A DNA stretch of 64,000 bases from Octopus vulgaris (lineage: Eukaryota). The position numbers were made by a program, and so were the translations under genes. The DNA is taken from positions 74,276,001 through 74,340,000 of the forward strand of contig OX597823.1 of assembly GCA_951406725.2 (NCBI GenBank), in the 5' to 3' direction. Each line of letters opens with the position of its first letter. Position 1 is the first letter of the stretch. The notes under the pieces are model-generated. The model saw only the letters and a program-made list of their open reading frames with translations. It did not search any database and was not told the DNA's origin. This document shows, piece after piece, positions 1 to 13,068 of this stretch.

Positions 1-399
1 GTGAGTTAGTTTATACAAATGCCGTCCCGTATGCTTTAACGTGTCTTCTGTTGATGCTCAACTTCCTGCGTTCGCTTACTGCTACGATTGCGAATCCTTC
101 TGTCTGTTATTAGTTTTTCACTCCCAGGGACGCCATCAAATTAACAGACATATGATCAGTGTAGTCCATTTGCTGTTTCTTTTTTGTTGTTGTTGATATA
201 CATTGTATTTATTTCTACGTTATGTAAAGTATTAGTAGTATTTCAAAGACGGTAAGGTGTAATTTTAGAGAGACTGACTGCTATTTCTAACCTGTTGAAG
301 ACTAATGTGATCCTTTGAGATCTACTGTGCTTGGTCAAAGTGGATCCTAGGTGCACTTCATCGAGTCTCTCTTCGTTTAGTATAATAATGGTTGCTGTA

Positions 400-1385
400 T
401 TTTGGCTGTTATATTTACCAAGATCTTGCTCTTTTCTAGCCGATCTCCAACTCGTATGCTTCTAGTACTTATTCTAGTCTGTAGCTGAGATCCTGTATTT
501 CTGCTGCACTGTTTCTTAATAGGGCAATAATATCAGCAAAGCGCTGTTTGGAAATGGGCCGTCCTCCAGTAGAGACAGAGGGGTGAAGGTATTCAAGTGA
601 CTCCTGCATGAGGTTCTTCAGGGAGATGCTGAACCGAACTGGAGAGAGGAAACAGACTTGCCGAATACTCACTTTTTTCCAGAAGAATTCTCCCATGTTG
701 CTCAGGAGAACTGCACTGCTTGAGTTTTCATACAGCGCTGGGAGTATTTCGATGAGATTGTTGTCGAAAGTAATAATTCTTCATCAGCTGCCACTATCTA
801 CCGTGACAAACACGGTTAAAGGCCTTTTTGAAGTTGATGAAGTTGTGATAGAGGTCAGACTGGTGTTGATGATGTTTCTCAGTAAGTAGTCTAATGTCAA
901 ATATCTGGTCCACAATACTTCACTTGGGGTCTAAATCCCGTTCTTCTGCAAGATATTTTGCATCCCCCTTAAGCCTGTTTAGCAGAACTCTTAGCAATAA
1001 TTTCCTGGGGTGGCTAATTATGCTGATTCTTCTATAATTCTGGTAGTCTTAAGTTGCTTTCTTGGGAATGGGTATCAGTGATTGGGTCCACTTCTTTGGC
1101 CACTGCTTCACCTCCCATATTTTCTGACAGGAAACTGTTAGTGCCTTGATAAGCATTGACTCTCCATGTTTTGGGGGCTCTAATGTAATATTATCCACTC
1201 CTGGAGATTTCCTATCTTTGAGCATGCGAACTGTAACTTCGACTTCTTTCTGGAGAATTGGAATATTCCCAAGTTCTCTGTTATTTTTGTTGTTGTTGGA
1301 ATTGTCTAGGATGTTGCCGTCATGTTTGATGTTGTGATTGCAAAGGGTTTTGCAGCGTTCAGAACATCTTTTGATGACATGAAAC
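400..1385 (-). mobile_element. Decayed RTE-clade LINE, reverse transcriptase fragment
   Basis: Minus-strand translations give KSPGVDNI, KQWPKKWTQSLIPIPKK, DLYHNFINFKKAFNRV and GEFFWKKVSIRQVCFLSPVRFSI...GGRPISKQRFADII. These are degenerate forms of the RTE RT motifs DFKKAFD, GVRQGCxLSP and LRFADD. Stops and frameshifts are present. Confidence 0.88.
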
Positions 1386-3718
1386 GCTCATACAATAAAT
1401 AAAACAAAATAAACAGCACGCAGTACAACCACAAATTCCCCTAACTGTACCAGAACGAGGGCATTTTTATTCCGTGGAAACTGCTTGCTATAAAACAAAG
1501 CCAACAAGGCAACGGTATCACCTCCACCCAACAAAACGACATTGGTGCCACTAGAAGAACATTCAATAACGAATACACGTACCACCCACACACATACGCC
1601 AAAAAATATGTAAAATCAACGTAATTTCCCTGTGTACAAATATGTAACAGAAGGCTTGATGTGGCCAAGTAGAGCTCTGACCAAAATCATTCTAACCAAG
1701 ATGTTCCACCTATTTTTATCTAATAATTTACCCAAGAGTATGCTATATAAAGTGACCTCCGTTTATTAAGTTCACTTAATGCGGGAGATATTTGGCTGTA
1801 ATTGTTCTTTTTAAAGTAACTGCATCCATGCTTCCTCGTTCTCTCGTCAGTTTTGTCAGTTTGTCCTATTGATGGTAAGCAGAAATGTACTCTTACTTAA
1901 GAATTATAATCTAAATTTAATAAATATATAAAACTTAGTAAATTTGGAATAATTTGAGAACAGGAATTTATTTTGTATCTTGAAATGCAATTGACAAACA
2001 GAACGATTGTATGAAAATTGGAAGTTTAAAATTAATCTTGAAATAGTTATTACGAATTTTACTTTTAAAATCTTCAAATTCTCTTAAGAAACTACGACAG
2101 GGAGCTTAGATTGCTTTTTAGAATCTCGAGATTCTAATCAATATTGTGTCATTTGTTAAATTACAAAAATGCAAATTAAGATCATAGGATTTTCAACGCT
2201 TAATTACTTTTTGTAAAGAGCTTTCTCTTAGTGCGTATCTCGGAGTTTATATACATGAACACTAATGTATTCATGTATGTATAGGAATATACATATATGC
2301 CTGCATAAATAATACTCATACATAAACTATAATGTCACACATAGCTACATGCACATTTGTCTGTCTGTCTGTCTCTCCCCTCTCCCTCTCAGCTGAGTTT
2401 TATATAATTTGTATACAAGCATGCATTGACGTACATATGTATATACGCACTCATAATTGTGCATGTATTTATGTGTATAGGACCATGTTTGTATTTGTGT
2501 GTGTATGTGTGTGTATAGATATATCTGATTGCATGTGTGTACTGTGTGTGTGAGTGTGTGTATGTATGTGTACTGTGTTTTTGCTTTTGAATTACCGGCA
2601 GAATAAGATGCAACTCAAGGCATCCTTTCAAAACAGATTTAAACTAGTAGCAATTCGCATAACACTTATGAAAAGCGTTAGAATATTATGAATGGATATA
2701 ATGTACTTGGTCTGCTTATTCAGCACAGAAATTTAGAAATCTATATATTGATTACTTTATAGTTTATATCAGAAATATTATTCAATATTTCATGAAGGCA
2801 ATATCTTCATTTGAAAGTCTAGAATTTTATTTGTTTGGTATTACAATCAAGTTAGTTATCAGATTTGCAAATCTGAGGTAATATTGCATTTTAAAATTAT
2901 TATATGATTAAACTCACATAGTAACAGAAGATTAGCTACTCGATCGGGAGTTGATGGCTCATATACGTTAACATATGATATACTAAACTGCTTGTGGCGT
3001 TTGTACATGTTTTTTTACTCAATTCAAATACATTGAAATAGGTATTGCTAATTCTGCAGCCCCTAGTTCCAATGCAAAGCAAAATTATCTAACCCCTTGT
3101 TAACGTCAATCGAGAACAACTCACTATCAAAGATATTTCACATGTAACCCTCTCAAAATTTTGTGCACCAGAGACTGCTACATTTTCAACATATTTATAA
3201 ACTTGTAAGATAGTATCATGTAACATAAGGGTGAGATTTAACTGCTTTTTCTGATAAGTCAATGGTTCATAAAAGCCTCGTCTGTTGACTTAGAAGATTA
3301 TCGTTTACTTTGTAATGTTTTTTTAGCTTATAGACATGAATTAAAAGGAAAGTAAAACTTCTTATGTGCAATATCGCTCAACAGAGAACAAAATCACCTG
3401 GAGTCCAGAACTAAGGAATGGAGATCGGGAGTACTTTAAGCTAGAGGGTGGTTAATTGATACGTAGTTAGTAATCAGTTGGAAGCCTCGAGAGAACATGT
3501 AATATTCTTTATGTTGCAATAGACTAATGGAATTTTTGACAGTTATCTTTAACTTGAAAAAAAAAAAAAGGTTTAAAACAGTTAAAATCAATTTTGTCTT
3601 TGTTTACAGGCAAACCAGTTGCCACATCCATCGATCCATCTATCAACACACACACATTTACATATCCAATCTTGAAATTCCACAATCTAAATGAGTTCGT
3701 AAACTCAAGCATGCACAC

Positions 3719-3765
3719 ATGTATGTATGTATGTATGTATGTATGTATGTATGTATGTATGTATG

Positions 3766-3796
<31 letters not shown>

Positions 3797-3893
3797 GTAT
3801 GTATGTATAGATAGATAGATAGATGGATCATACGCTGATTTCAGGAACAATTTTATATATATACTGGTTGATGGGGGTCTCTCTCCCCCGCTA

Positions 3894-3950
<57 letters not shown>
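3719..3950. repeat. (ATGT)n/(ATAG)n and (AT)n microsatellites
   Basis: Directly visible tandem repeats. Confidence 0.95.
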
Positions 3951-3952
<2 letters not shown>

Positions 3953-4254
3953 TTTCCCTACTTTTACTTTTCTTCCTGTTTCTGGAATGTCCTGAAACCC
4001 CCACTCTGTATGTTTCCCCCTCTTTGTTTTCTTTATTTCTTACCCCTTTCCCCCCCAAAAAAAAACAAAAATACTTTTCTCCTCTTCTAAACAAACCCCA
4101 AAACATCTGATTCATATAAATGAACAAGGAAACGTTCTGTTTTTATCATTTGGATTTTGTCTTGACGAGTTGGATAAACGAAGGAAAGCGCTAATAATGA
4201 ATTATCAATAATTATGTCTGCCTCTTTTACCTCAATACATACATACATACATAT

Positions 4255-5600
4255 ATGGTGGCTGCCCCCTCGTTATCGAGTATGGCTATTGCACGAAGCT
4301 TCACCAATGTTGATATCGTGCAATGCCTGTGCAAGAAGATTTTTTAAAGTGAGGAAAGGCTGTGCACTGAGTCAATCCCACTCACTAAGCAACAGTAGCC
4401 ATAATCCGAAAAGAAGAACAAGTCAACATCATCGGTAACCACTCAGGTATATTAGAATCTCTTCTCTTTGTCGTAACTATACCCATTGCTATGTAGAAAG
4501 CCTTATCATATAATTTCATCCTCTTAGCCTACACGCAGCCTCTGAGTAGGGAAGAGATGACAAAATTAGTTTTCGCCTGCGGAAGGGTTCTATCTGCGCT
4601 GTCTTTTCAACCACGCAGTCTTTATGCTGGTTTCAGCTAACACTCTTATCTCTTTAGTTTTCCTGAATTGCATGGGTTACAAAATAATCTTCAACAGGAA
4701 ATAGCGCATCGATTTATCTGGAAAGCTATAATTACTGATTTCCACAGGAAATGAGACCACGTGCTCTCCTTTACAAGGGCTTCATTGTTCAAGCTTTTAT
4801 ATTTGACTTTCTTGAGCTGAGGAGAAACGTTATATCAATTCTCTCAGGGTACTGTGAGTTCAACCAAGATTTCTTAGATAACAGAAATACGCCTGGTCCT
4901 AACTTCGTTTACACTAACTCCTCTTGGAAAATTACCCTTCAGATCAAATCTGAAGCTGATTATAAAATGCAAAGACCAGTCTCTAACCATCCGTTCGAAT
5001 TAGAAAACTTGCCACCTTCCCATAAGAATCTTAAGCACTTGGATGGTGATGACTGTTGTTTGTTAACGTTAACTTCCTGCAGATACGTCTGTTTGGCGAT
5101 TTCTGCAAAGAGTTTGTAATGCCTTCACTTGTATCAACCTTCTGCCGTTGTTCTAAGGTATCCAGTTAGAATAAGGTCTACTTTTCAAAGATTTGCTCCA
5201 TATTGATTGCAGGAAAGGTCCTCCCTTTGCCGCAGAGTTTAAGGTAAGAGTTTGGCTACAGCACTCACAAGGGAGAAGAATTTTCCCCGGCCATTACTCC
5301 AGAATTTTCGACAGATCAGTGATTGTGCTAGAGTGCTTGGTGCCTCTGTATCTATTGTCACGGGCGAATAAGACTCATTGCTTTCATGCGGAAACATTCC
5401 TCTGATGAATTGCAGATCCTTTGTACTATGAGCTCTCTCTTGCCCTCGCATTGGCTTTTTTACGCCTTTTGGCGCTGTAATTGTCACATACTTGCCGACC
5501 ATAACATATTACTCGATAAATCTCCTGGGTCTTTCACTTTCTTTACAGACTCCTTGGGTTACTACCTTAAGTCCTAATAGTTTCGACCCACATCAGCAAG
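4255..5600 (-). mobile_element. Decayed 3' part of a Hero/NeSL-like (restriction-like endonuclease) LINE
   Basis: Broken minus-strand frames read WPGK.FSLVSAVAKLLP...EDLSCNQ...EG*YK*RH (CCHC region) and RPGVFLLSKK..VELTVP*E...KKVKYKSL...FPVEI. These match the RPD..ELTVPWE..K..KY..VEVG pattern of REL LINEs. The 3' end abuts an (ACAT)n tract. Confidence 0.7.
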
Positions 5601-5804
5601 AAGTGCTGTAGTAGAATGTTAGAGATAATAGGGAAAGGCTTGCTTCATGTATGTATATCTGTGTATAGAGGAACCTATGTACGTATGTGAATGTGTGTGT
5701 GTGTGTGGTCTTGACAAGAAATGTCCAGGAAAATATTGAGTGTAAGCAATTTCAGCAGGCCGGAACTAACGACTGCAGTAATTAATGAGATGATGTTGCG
5801 TTAA

Positions 5805-7595
5805 AGTACGAATACCGCTCAAATCTCGATAGTATGACTGGGAATACAAGGAGGGTTGCTGAAGGAAAGCTAGAGCTTTATCTGGTTAGGAAGAGCAGAT
5901 ATTGTGTAAATAGGAACTGTTGTTGTCCTAGCAGTGGAAATCACGTTTCTTCGGACGAAGTTGTCAATTCCTGTTTTCCATATGTGTGATAACGATGGAT
6001 GGCACTTGAAATGTTACTGTCTGTAGTATTTATGTACAATAACAAAAGGGTAGAACAGAAATTTATACATCCACAGTTCATTGCCCAGGCAAGTAGACAG
6101 AGTTTCAATTATAGATATGCTATTTGTCCTTACCATATTTGTTACAACATCTGGGAGGTATTACCATAGGCTTGTGAAGCGGGTATGCGGGAGTGTAATT
6201 GCATCGGCAAAGGGTTGTCTTCTCAATAAAAGCACTTTGAGCATCGTTCGTGTTCTAGGTTTTCATCCCCTAAGCAAATTATGGGTATTAACATGCATGG
6301 GACTATACGATGGGGGATTTTAGTGAAATGAATTTAAACTCTGATGGAGAACACTCCTCAAATCATAAATGATTCTCAGAATGTATAATCAGGTCATTGC
6401 AAAACTCTCCAACCTTTACTCAGTTTCCCGAAGATTACCTTTACAACTGATATTAACTGCAGCTCAAGCAATGGCAGTCATTTAGTACGCGCTTAAAACA
6501 GCTAAAAACATTCCAGAGGTAAGCTGTACGGGGTGCCAAGAGGTATTGATAACTTCACCGACCACATATTGATACGTACCACATGCAGTTTGCCTGAGAA
6601 ATCGTAACTGAGGAACAGTGGAGGAAATTGTAGCAAAGAACAAAAGAAGAGTAAGTATGAGTCATTTATACGACTAAAAGATGTATGAAATACTGATTGG
6701 AACATTCTAGTGAATAATAAACCCGTCCTCAAGCTTTTCTCTCGTGTCTCGCGAATATGTTTAACATTTTCCGGTTTGGATTTACAGATAAAAGCTTCCA
6801 TTTGTAGAACAAAATCAAGAAAATCTTCTGGTGCTGACACCAGTCTCTTTGGAGATATATATGTGAACTTCCTAAGTTCTTCAGAGCGTGTTGGAAATAT
6901 GGTAATATTATCTGCAACTCTTCAAAGATGAACAAGTAGCTACTGTTAAAGAGCAAAAATGATTGACAAATTGAAGTATTTATCGAGTAATCATCTTTAT
7001 TTTCTCAAATAGAGGGAAATTCTGGCAAAGGTAATGCTCAGGCAACTATAATGTATCAAGAAAAAAAAACACATTGTTTTGTGAGTTAACCTCATCGCTG
7101 TGTTCATCAATTTTACCCATAATTTAAACTATGTGAGAGAAGGGATGAATTATACATCACTTTTAAAATACATGTATGTCCAAAGCATTCGGAAAAATAT
7201 CTCTGAAATCTCCCTATAGTGTGCTCAAAGTGAAAAGTAAAATATATACCAACACGCACTTCATGGATTATTTACAGACACCATGATTGAAAAGAGAGCA
7301 AGCGATCTGACAAGTGTGGCGAATAATCGCACAAGAATGGACTGTCAAATATTTGTTCATTTAATGCAGTCGAAAATGTTATGACACATATATCTCTGAA
7401 CTGCTCTGATGGCTCATTCTGTGGGAGGTAAGCAGAAAATTACGCTTAATTTTCAGGGTGCAGGGTGCTAGAGACAACAACAGCTCCTCTTTGCACCATA
7501 TCTGCTCTTTCTAACCAGATAAAGTTCTGGCTTTCCTTCTGTAACCCTCCTTGTATTCCCAGTCATAGTACCGAGGTTAGAGCGATGTTCGTACT
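5805..7595. mobile_element. Kolobok-like DNA element with ~130-bp terminal inverted repeats and TTAA flanks
   Basis: 5801-5933 is the reverse complement of 7466-7599 (TTAAAGTACGAA..ATGACTGGGAATACAAGGAGGGTT..CTTTATCTGGTTAG..AGAGCAGATAT), roughly 80% identical by eye. TTAA lies at 5801-5804 and 7596-7599 with AG..CT termini, the Kolobok signature. Confidence 0.6.
6100..7070 (+). mobile_element. Possible N-terminal/RT-start remnant of a REL-type LINE inside the TIR element
   Basis: Weak motif echoes appear in the expected order: LVKRVCGSV..KG (zinc-finger-like), RTKSRKSSGAD (cf. KARxxSAPGPD), CWKYG, and KEQK...YRVIIFIFSNRGK (cf. PKE..FRPISLLNVEGK). Highly degenerate. Confidence 0.35.
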
Positions 7596-8069
7596 TTAAA
7601 AGAGAAATCTAATGTCCTTTATCAATAAGTTGTTTGAATATATTGGCATTACGTTTCTGACGACAAACACTTGGATATGGAATTGGCTCGATGTATGCAT
7701 TCTTTTGAAAAGCTTAACTAATGACTTGTAAAAGTAATAAACCATAAAACTTTTCATAATTACCTGAAACGAAATAATGATATTTTAAAATAATTTGATT
7801 CGTACCTTTCAGATTTTTGTGACATATGATAGGAAACACATCCATTTCGCAATATCTTCCTCAGTTAAAACATTTGCATTTCCTATTATGTATTACGGAG
7901 ACATGAAACGCATATATTAAATAATTTCAAAATGTAATTATTTGGATTTACTTCGTTATTAAAACTTGTAATTTGTAGCCAATTCAAACTCCAGTTATGC
8001 TGATATTCTGACAACGATTCGATGTAGTTAATCAAATTTGACTTTAGTTGAGATTTCTGGTATCTTATA

Positions 8070-8147
8070 TGTATCTATCTACCTATCTATCTACCTACCT
8101 ATGTATGTATGTATGTATGTATGTATGTATGTATGTATGTATGTATG

Positions 8148-8185
<38 letters not shown>

Positions 8186-8195
8186 CCTGTCTACC

Positions 8196-8236
<41 letters not shown>

Positions 8237-8322
8237 GTCTCTCTGTCTGTCAGTCTGCCTGCCCGCCTGCCTGTCTGCATGCATGCCTGCCTGCCTGCCT
8301 ACCTACCTACCTACCTACCTAC

Positions 8323-8366
<44 letters not shown>

Positions 8367-8530
8367 ATACCTATCAAAGTTAAATCAGTTTTATATATAT
8401 ATATATGTATGTATATATATATACATATATATGTATGAATATGTACATATATAGATATACATGCATACATATATATACGTACACACACACAAACACACAC
8501 ACACACACACACATATACATATATATATTT
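8070..8530. repeat. Compound tetranucleotide microsatellite (TATC/TACC/TATG/TGTC/TGCC) plus AT/CA tracts
   Basis: Directly visible. Confidence 0.95.
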
Positions 8531-8967
8531 ATACACGTAGGAGTGTAATATTTGAGTGCTAGTGCATGTGTGGGCCTGTGGGTGTGTGTTTGTTTGTGGG
8601 TTTGCACAGGTATAAGTGTGCAAATTGATTAGTATATAAACCAATATATGTTTAAATACTTTTCTACGTTTTTGTATTGTTTTCCAATTAAATATTCTAT
8701 TTTCATTCAGAATATTTTATTCCTATCCAAATTAAAATGAACAAATTGTTTAATGTATATTTTTACATAGTTTACCTTTATGTGAATAGAAGCGCATGCT
8801 ACACCCAAAGGTAAATGATCGTTTTGCTTAAATGAGAAATGTGCATTTTCACGAAAATGTCTAATTTAGTATTTATATTAAGTCAAATGATGACGGCTAT
8901 GGAAGTAATTACTAGTATGCTTAAGGTATGTCTCAAGAGAAAGTCATGCAGTATTTAGAAGTGATTA

Positions 8968-9004
<37 letters not shown>

Positions 9005-9448
9005 CATATGCATATATATGTGTATATGCATATACACATATATAAAAACACACATATATATATACATATACATATGCATATATATGTGTATATGCATATA
9101 CATATATATAAAAACATATATATACATATACATATATACATATATACATATATATGTACACACACCTATATATATACATATATACATATATACATATATA
9201 TGTACATACATATATATATATATATATATATACATATATACATATATATATACATAAATATATACATACATATATATATATGTACATATATACATGCATA
9301 TATATATATGTACATATATACATGCATATATATACATATATATGTATGTACATATATATATACATATATATATGCATAAATATATTTATACATATATATA
9401 TATGTACATATATACATGCATATATATATATGTACATATATACATGCG

Positions 9449-9482
<34 letters not shown>

Positions 9483-9658
9483 TACATACATATATGTATG
9501 TACATATGTATATACATATATACATATATATATACATAAATATATATATACATATATATATATGTACATATATACATGCATATATATATATATATATGTA
9601 CATATATACATGCATACATATATATAAATATATATACGTACACACAGGCACATATATA
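8968..9658. repeat. Complex (TA/CA) tract with higher-order units such as ATGTACATATATACATGCATAT
   Basis: Directly visible. It accounts for the many overlapping YI-rich ORFs. Confidence 0.95.
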
Positions 9659-10752
9659 CACCGATATCAACGTATTTTTAATGCAGAGGGAGAAATGGCT
9701 CAGGTTTTCTACATTGAAATATGGGTTAAATGTATTATTTGAAAATTTAGTTTCGTTACTACCATTTAATTTCAGATTCTAATCCTGGTGATATCATCTT
9801 TGCCTTTCAATACTACCAGGTTGCTGGAATATGCATAAAGAACATGATCGCCCATAACTTTTTCCTCTATAAAAATAAATGTATTTCTATAGAGAGATAA
9901 TTATTTCTCTTTCAAAATTTAGCATTTTAGACAAGTCTGTGCTATGAAGGTTTGCTTGAATAGCCAACACCTTTTCTAATAAGTATGCGTATATGTGAAT
10001 ATCATTGTCTCCAAATCTCAAAAAGAAGAAATAACATTAATCTGTAATTAATTTCCTGTGCTGTTAGTTTTCCTGACGCATAGTTTTGTGTTCTGTTGCC
10101 AGCCAACATTCTGCACCGAATACTCTTTTTTTGTTTCTTGTCCATGACGCCATACAGCTATTTTATTATTTTTCTGTATGGAATTACAATTTCTATTAAT
10201 GCCATATCTCGTTCCTTAGTTTACATTATGTTGTGCATATATCTACTTGTTGTTGTAACAGTTTCATTTTATCAGGATCAATTATTTGGATTATTCAGTC
10301 ATTTCATTTGCAACTAAGAGTGTTATGAATTATGCAGTTGCTATAGTAAACCTTCTTATTACCAAACAACAGTTTATCATATCTACTTTGTAATCTAACT
10401 TTAACAAATTGTTCCTATCTAGTTGCATGCGCACTTCCCTCGAACTTCACTTATACTACCACCTCAAAATACAGCTAATTATTGTTTTCTATTCTGGAAT
10501 TAATGACACCTGCTTTGGTAGAGAGAGACAACAATATATATTAAAGATCTTACTTATTAGAGTATGAAGACTTATTTTGAAGCTTACTTTGTTCCGTATC
10601 GCATCAAAGGTGAGATTTATGTCTTAATTTCAATGAAAAGGTTCGGTTCATCGTACTTTGTCTCCAGTCTCTTCTAAAGTTTTGTATTTAATGTTCATTA
10701 TCTTATTCTGATGAGGTCACAGTTCATTTATCTCTATTTTCATATCAAACAA

Positions 10753-10918
10753 TTCTATATTTAAGAGATGAGGAATTATGTACATTATTTACATTCGACA
10801 GATATTTGTCCTTATCTTGTTTATTGTTAACATAACCTTTCGGCTGAAACATCCTCCATCATTCATCAGGTGTCTTGGAGAAATTTCGAATCTGGGTTCT
10901 CATTCCTAAGGTATTTTC
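10753..10918 (-). mobile_element. Penelope-like pseudo-LTR remnant with degenerate minimal hammerhead motif
   Basis: The minus strand reads GACAC-CTGATGA-atgatggaggatgtttCAGCC-GAAA-GGTT-ATGTT, then AACAATAAACAAGATAAGGACAAATATCTGTCGAATGTAAAT. An inverted copy lies at 11066-11160. Confidence 0.7.
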
Positions 10919-10920
10919 CG

Positions 10921-11060
10921 ATCATCATCATCATCATCATCATCATCATCTTTTTCTTCTTCTTCTTCTTCTTCTTCTTCTTCTTCTTCTTCTTCTTCTT
11001 CTTCTTCTTCTTCTTCTTCTTCTTCTTCTTCTCCTTCCTCCTCCTCCTCCTCCTCCTCTT
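10921..11060. repeat. (ATC)n(TTC)n(CTC)n compound trinucleotide repeat
   Basis: Directly visible. It lies between the two inverted pseudo-LTR copies. Confidence 0.97.
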
Positions 11061-11065
11061 CAAGC

Positions 11066-11160
11066 CACCTGATGAAGGCTGGAAGGTATATCAACCAAAT
11101 GTTGTGTTAATAACAAAAAAGATGAGGACAAGTATCCGTCAAATGTAAAGAGTGTAAATA
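11066..11160 (+). mobile_element. Second, inverted Penelope-like pseudo-LTR copy
   Basis: CAC-CTGATGA-AGGCTGgaaggtatatCAACC-AAAT-GTTGTGTTAATAACAAAAAAGATGAGGACAAGTATCCGTCAAATGTAAA aligns with the reverse complement of about 10775-10872. Confidence 0.7.
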
Positions 11161-12535
11161 CTATATATTTTCATATAAATCTATCAGTTTAATCTACCGT
11201 CTCTTAGAAACAAATCCATATTCTCTATTATTCCTTCCATGATTCCCAGGCGCTAATGGATTTTTCAGTTTTTGTCTCCAGCCAGGTGACATTCATAGAC
11301 ATTCTTATTATATTTATAACAACATTAATTTGTTTTCGAAACTACAAGAAGCCATCCATGCGAAGTAGGCAATTCTCTTTCGCATTTTCTACATGTGATA
11401 ACTAAATTTCTCTTAGGTTCACTCAGTACACAGGAGGAAATATGCGCACCCGAGGATGGAAATATATTCAGTTTAATTTTCAGTTTCACAGCATAGAAAT
11501 TTCTCGACCAAATAGAAATCCATCAGGAACGACAGGATTCAAAAGAGGAACGATACCTAAAGGAATAAAAGAAGAGAACGGATAACCGACTTTTCCCTGG
11601 CGATAAAAATCAATTGCTGTTTGAAAGGAATGAAGATTAAAAGAAAAACTGGGCTATTAATAATTTTCCCATTCAAATATGTTCAAAACGACAAGTTACA
11701 TTGTTTAGATTGAGTGACTTTCATTCCATGTAAGATGTTTTGAAGTTTTAGAGGCGCATTTTTTATTAGTAAAACTCACTACCTCATAAAGTGTAATTTC
11801 TTGTTTATTATATGATGGGTTTCGAAGAAAAAGCTAAGCTCATTGCTTTTGCACGCTGTTTGAAGCCATGGAGACGTTGTTAATGTTTTTCTCAAACCAT
11901 TGCAAGTCAACATCTTCGGAAAAGACATATTTGGCAAATAATCGATGTTCTGAGAAGGAAGAATTGGAGTATGTGTGTAGTACAGGATCTGAATAAGTAG
12001 AGCTGATATTCGACTAGAAAATTTCAAGGTGTAGACGCTATTTTAGTAATGCTTCAACAGGAGGGATAGGAGATATTATGGGTCTGTTGCTGGAGCGGGT
12101 TTTGAGAATGTCTATAACGTTGACTTTTTTAGATGCAAACTTGTCTAAGATGTCTACATATGCTGTAGCTGCCGCAGCGGCACAGCTCTTGATGTGAGTG
12201 ACTTACACTTTTGTTTGCGAGTCTCATATGAACATTGAAAATGTTGCTTGTGTTTCAGATGTACTTTCATGACGAAAGATGTACTTTCATCAAGATAACG
12301 AATGTATGTTGTGACGATGTTCTCTCGATGTGAGTAGCTTCTGTGTTTTGTTTGTACTTAAAAGAGAGAAGCGCCTCTCCCAAATGGTGTATGCTTTCGA
12401 TTTTTGTTCATTGATTCATTGGTGGTTTGTCGCACGGAGGTTAAACTGTGAGAGGTTAATATAAGATTCGGAAGATTAAGAGAGAATAAATAGTAGTATC
12501 ATGTGAATGATCGGACGTTCATACATTCCGATATA

Positions 12536-12594
<59 letters not shown>

Positions 12595-12619
12595 ATGTAT
12601 GTGTGTGTGTGTGTGTGTG

Positions 12620-12978
12620 TGTTGAGGCGAGAGTCACGACACCCCCTACAAGAATAGAATTGACCACACAACTATAAATAGTGGCGTTCTGAGAAGGAGA
12701 GTAGCCGTTAATCGCAGGAAGTCGGAATATCGTTTGTTCGTTCGTGTATAGTTCATGGAGAGTTTGTTGGATTGTTACGTTATTTTACTCTGCTTCGTTT
12801 TATATTTTATTGTAACTGTATATATAGTATATATATATATATACTATATGTACATATATATACTATATGTACATGGGGACTTCTTTATTGGGCATATGCA
12901 CATGCGTGTTATTTAAGAGTGTGTGATTCACTCTGGGCAGCTTGTGTTGTGATATTTGTTGGAAGTGTTTTTTGAACA
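12620..12978 (+). mobile_element. Probable solo LTR
   Basis: A ~360-bp island in microsatellite with TGTT...AACA termini (TG..CA) and an internal TATAAATA box at about 12673. No TSD can be resolved. Confidence 0.4.
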
Positions 12979-13036
12979 TATATATGCGAGTATGTGTGTT
13001 TATGCCATTGGTATACACACACACACACACAAACAA

Positions 13037-13068
<32 letters not shown>

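Noticed and set aside
1-6. Window starts with GTGAGT (donor consensus) and ends in TAG
   Set aside because: Window boundaries are arbitrary, no exon is visible, and there is no pyrimidine tract at the end.
8038-9782. Long YI/MYVC/LSIY-rich ORFs (also 17673-18670, 21882-22334, 37701-39459, 51477-51833, 54024-54548)
   Set aside because: They are translations of stop-free microsatellites.
10866-11148. Poly-K, poly-E, poly-F and poly-L ORFs; likewise poly-S/T/Y/C ORFs at 20215-20541
   Set aside because: They are trinucleotide repeats open in several frames, with no splice or homology support.
11450-11580. Strong minus-strand acceptor TTCTCTTCTTTTATTCCTTTAG (similar one at about 20167)
   Set aside because: All three frames close shortly afterwards and there is no good donor, so they cannot be supported as exons.
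11779-12460. Possible Penelope N-terminal ORF remnant
   Set aside because: Only vague similarity; no motif I can defend.
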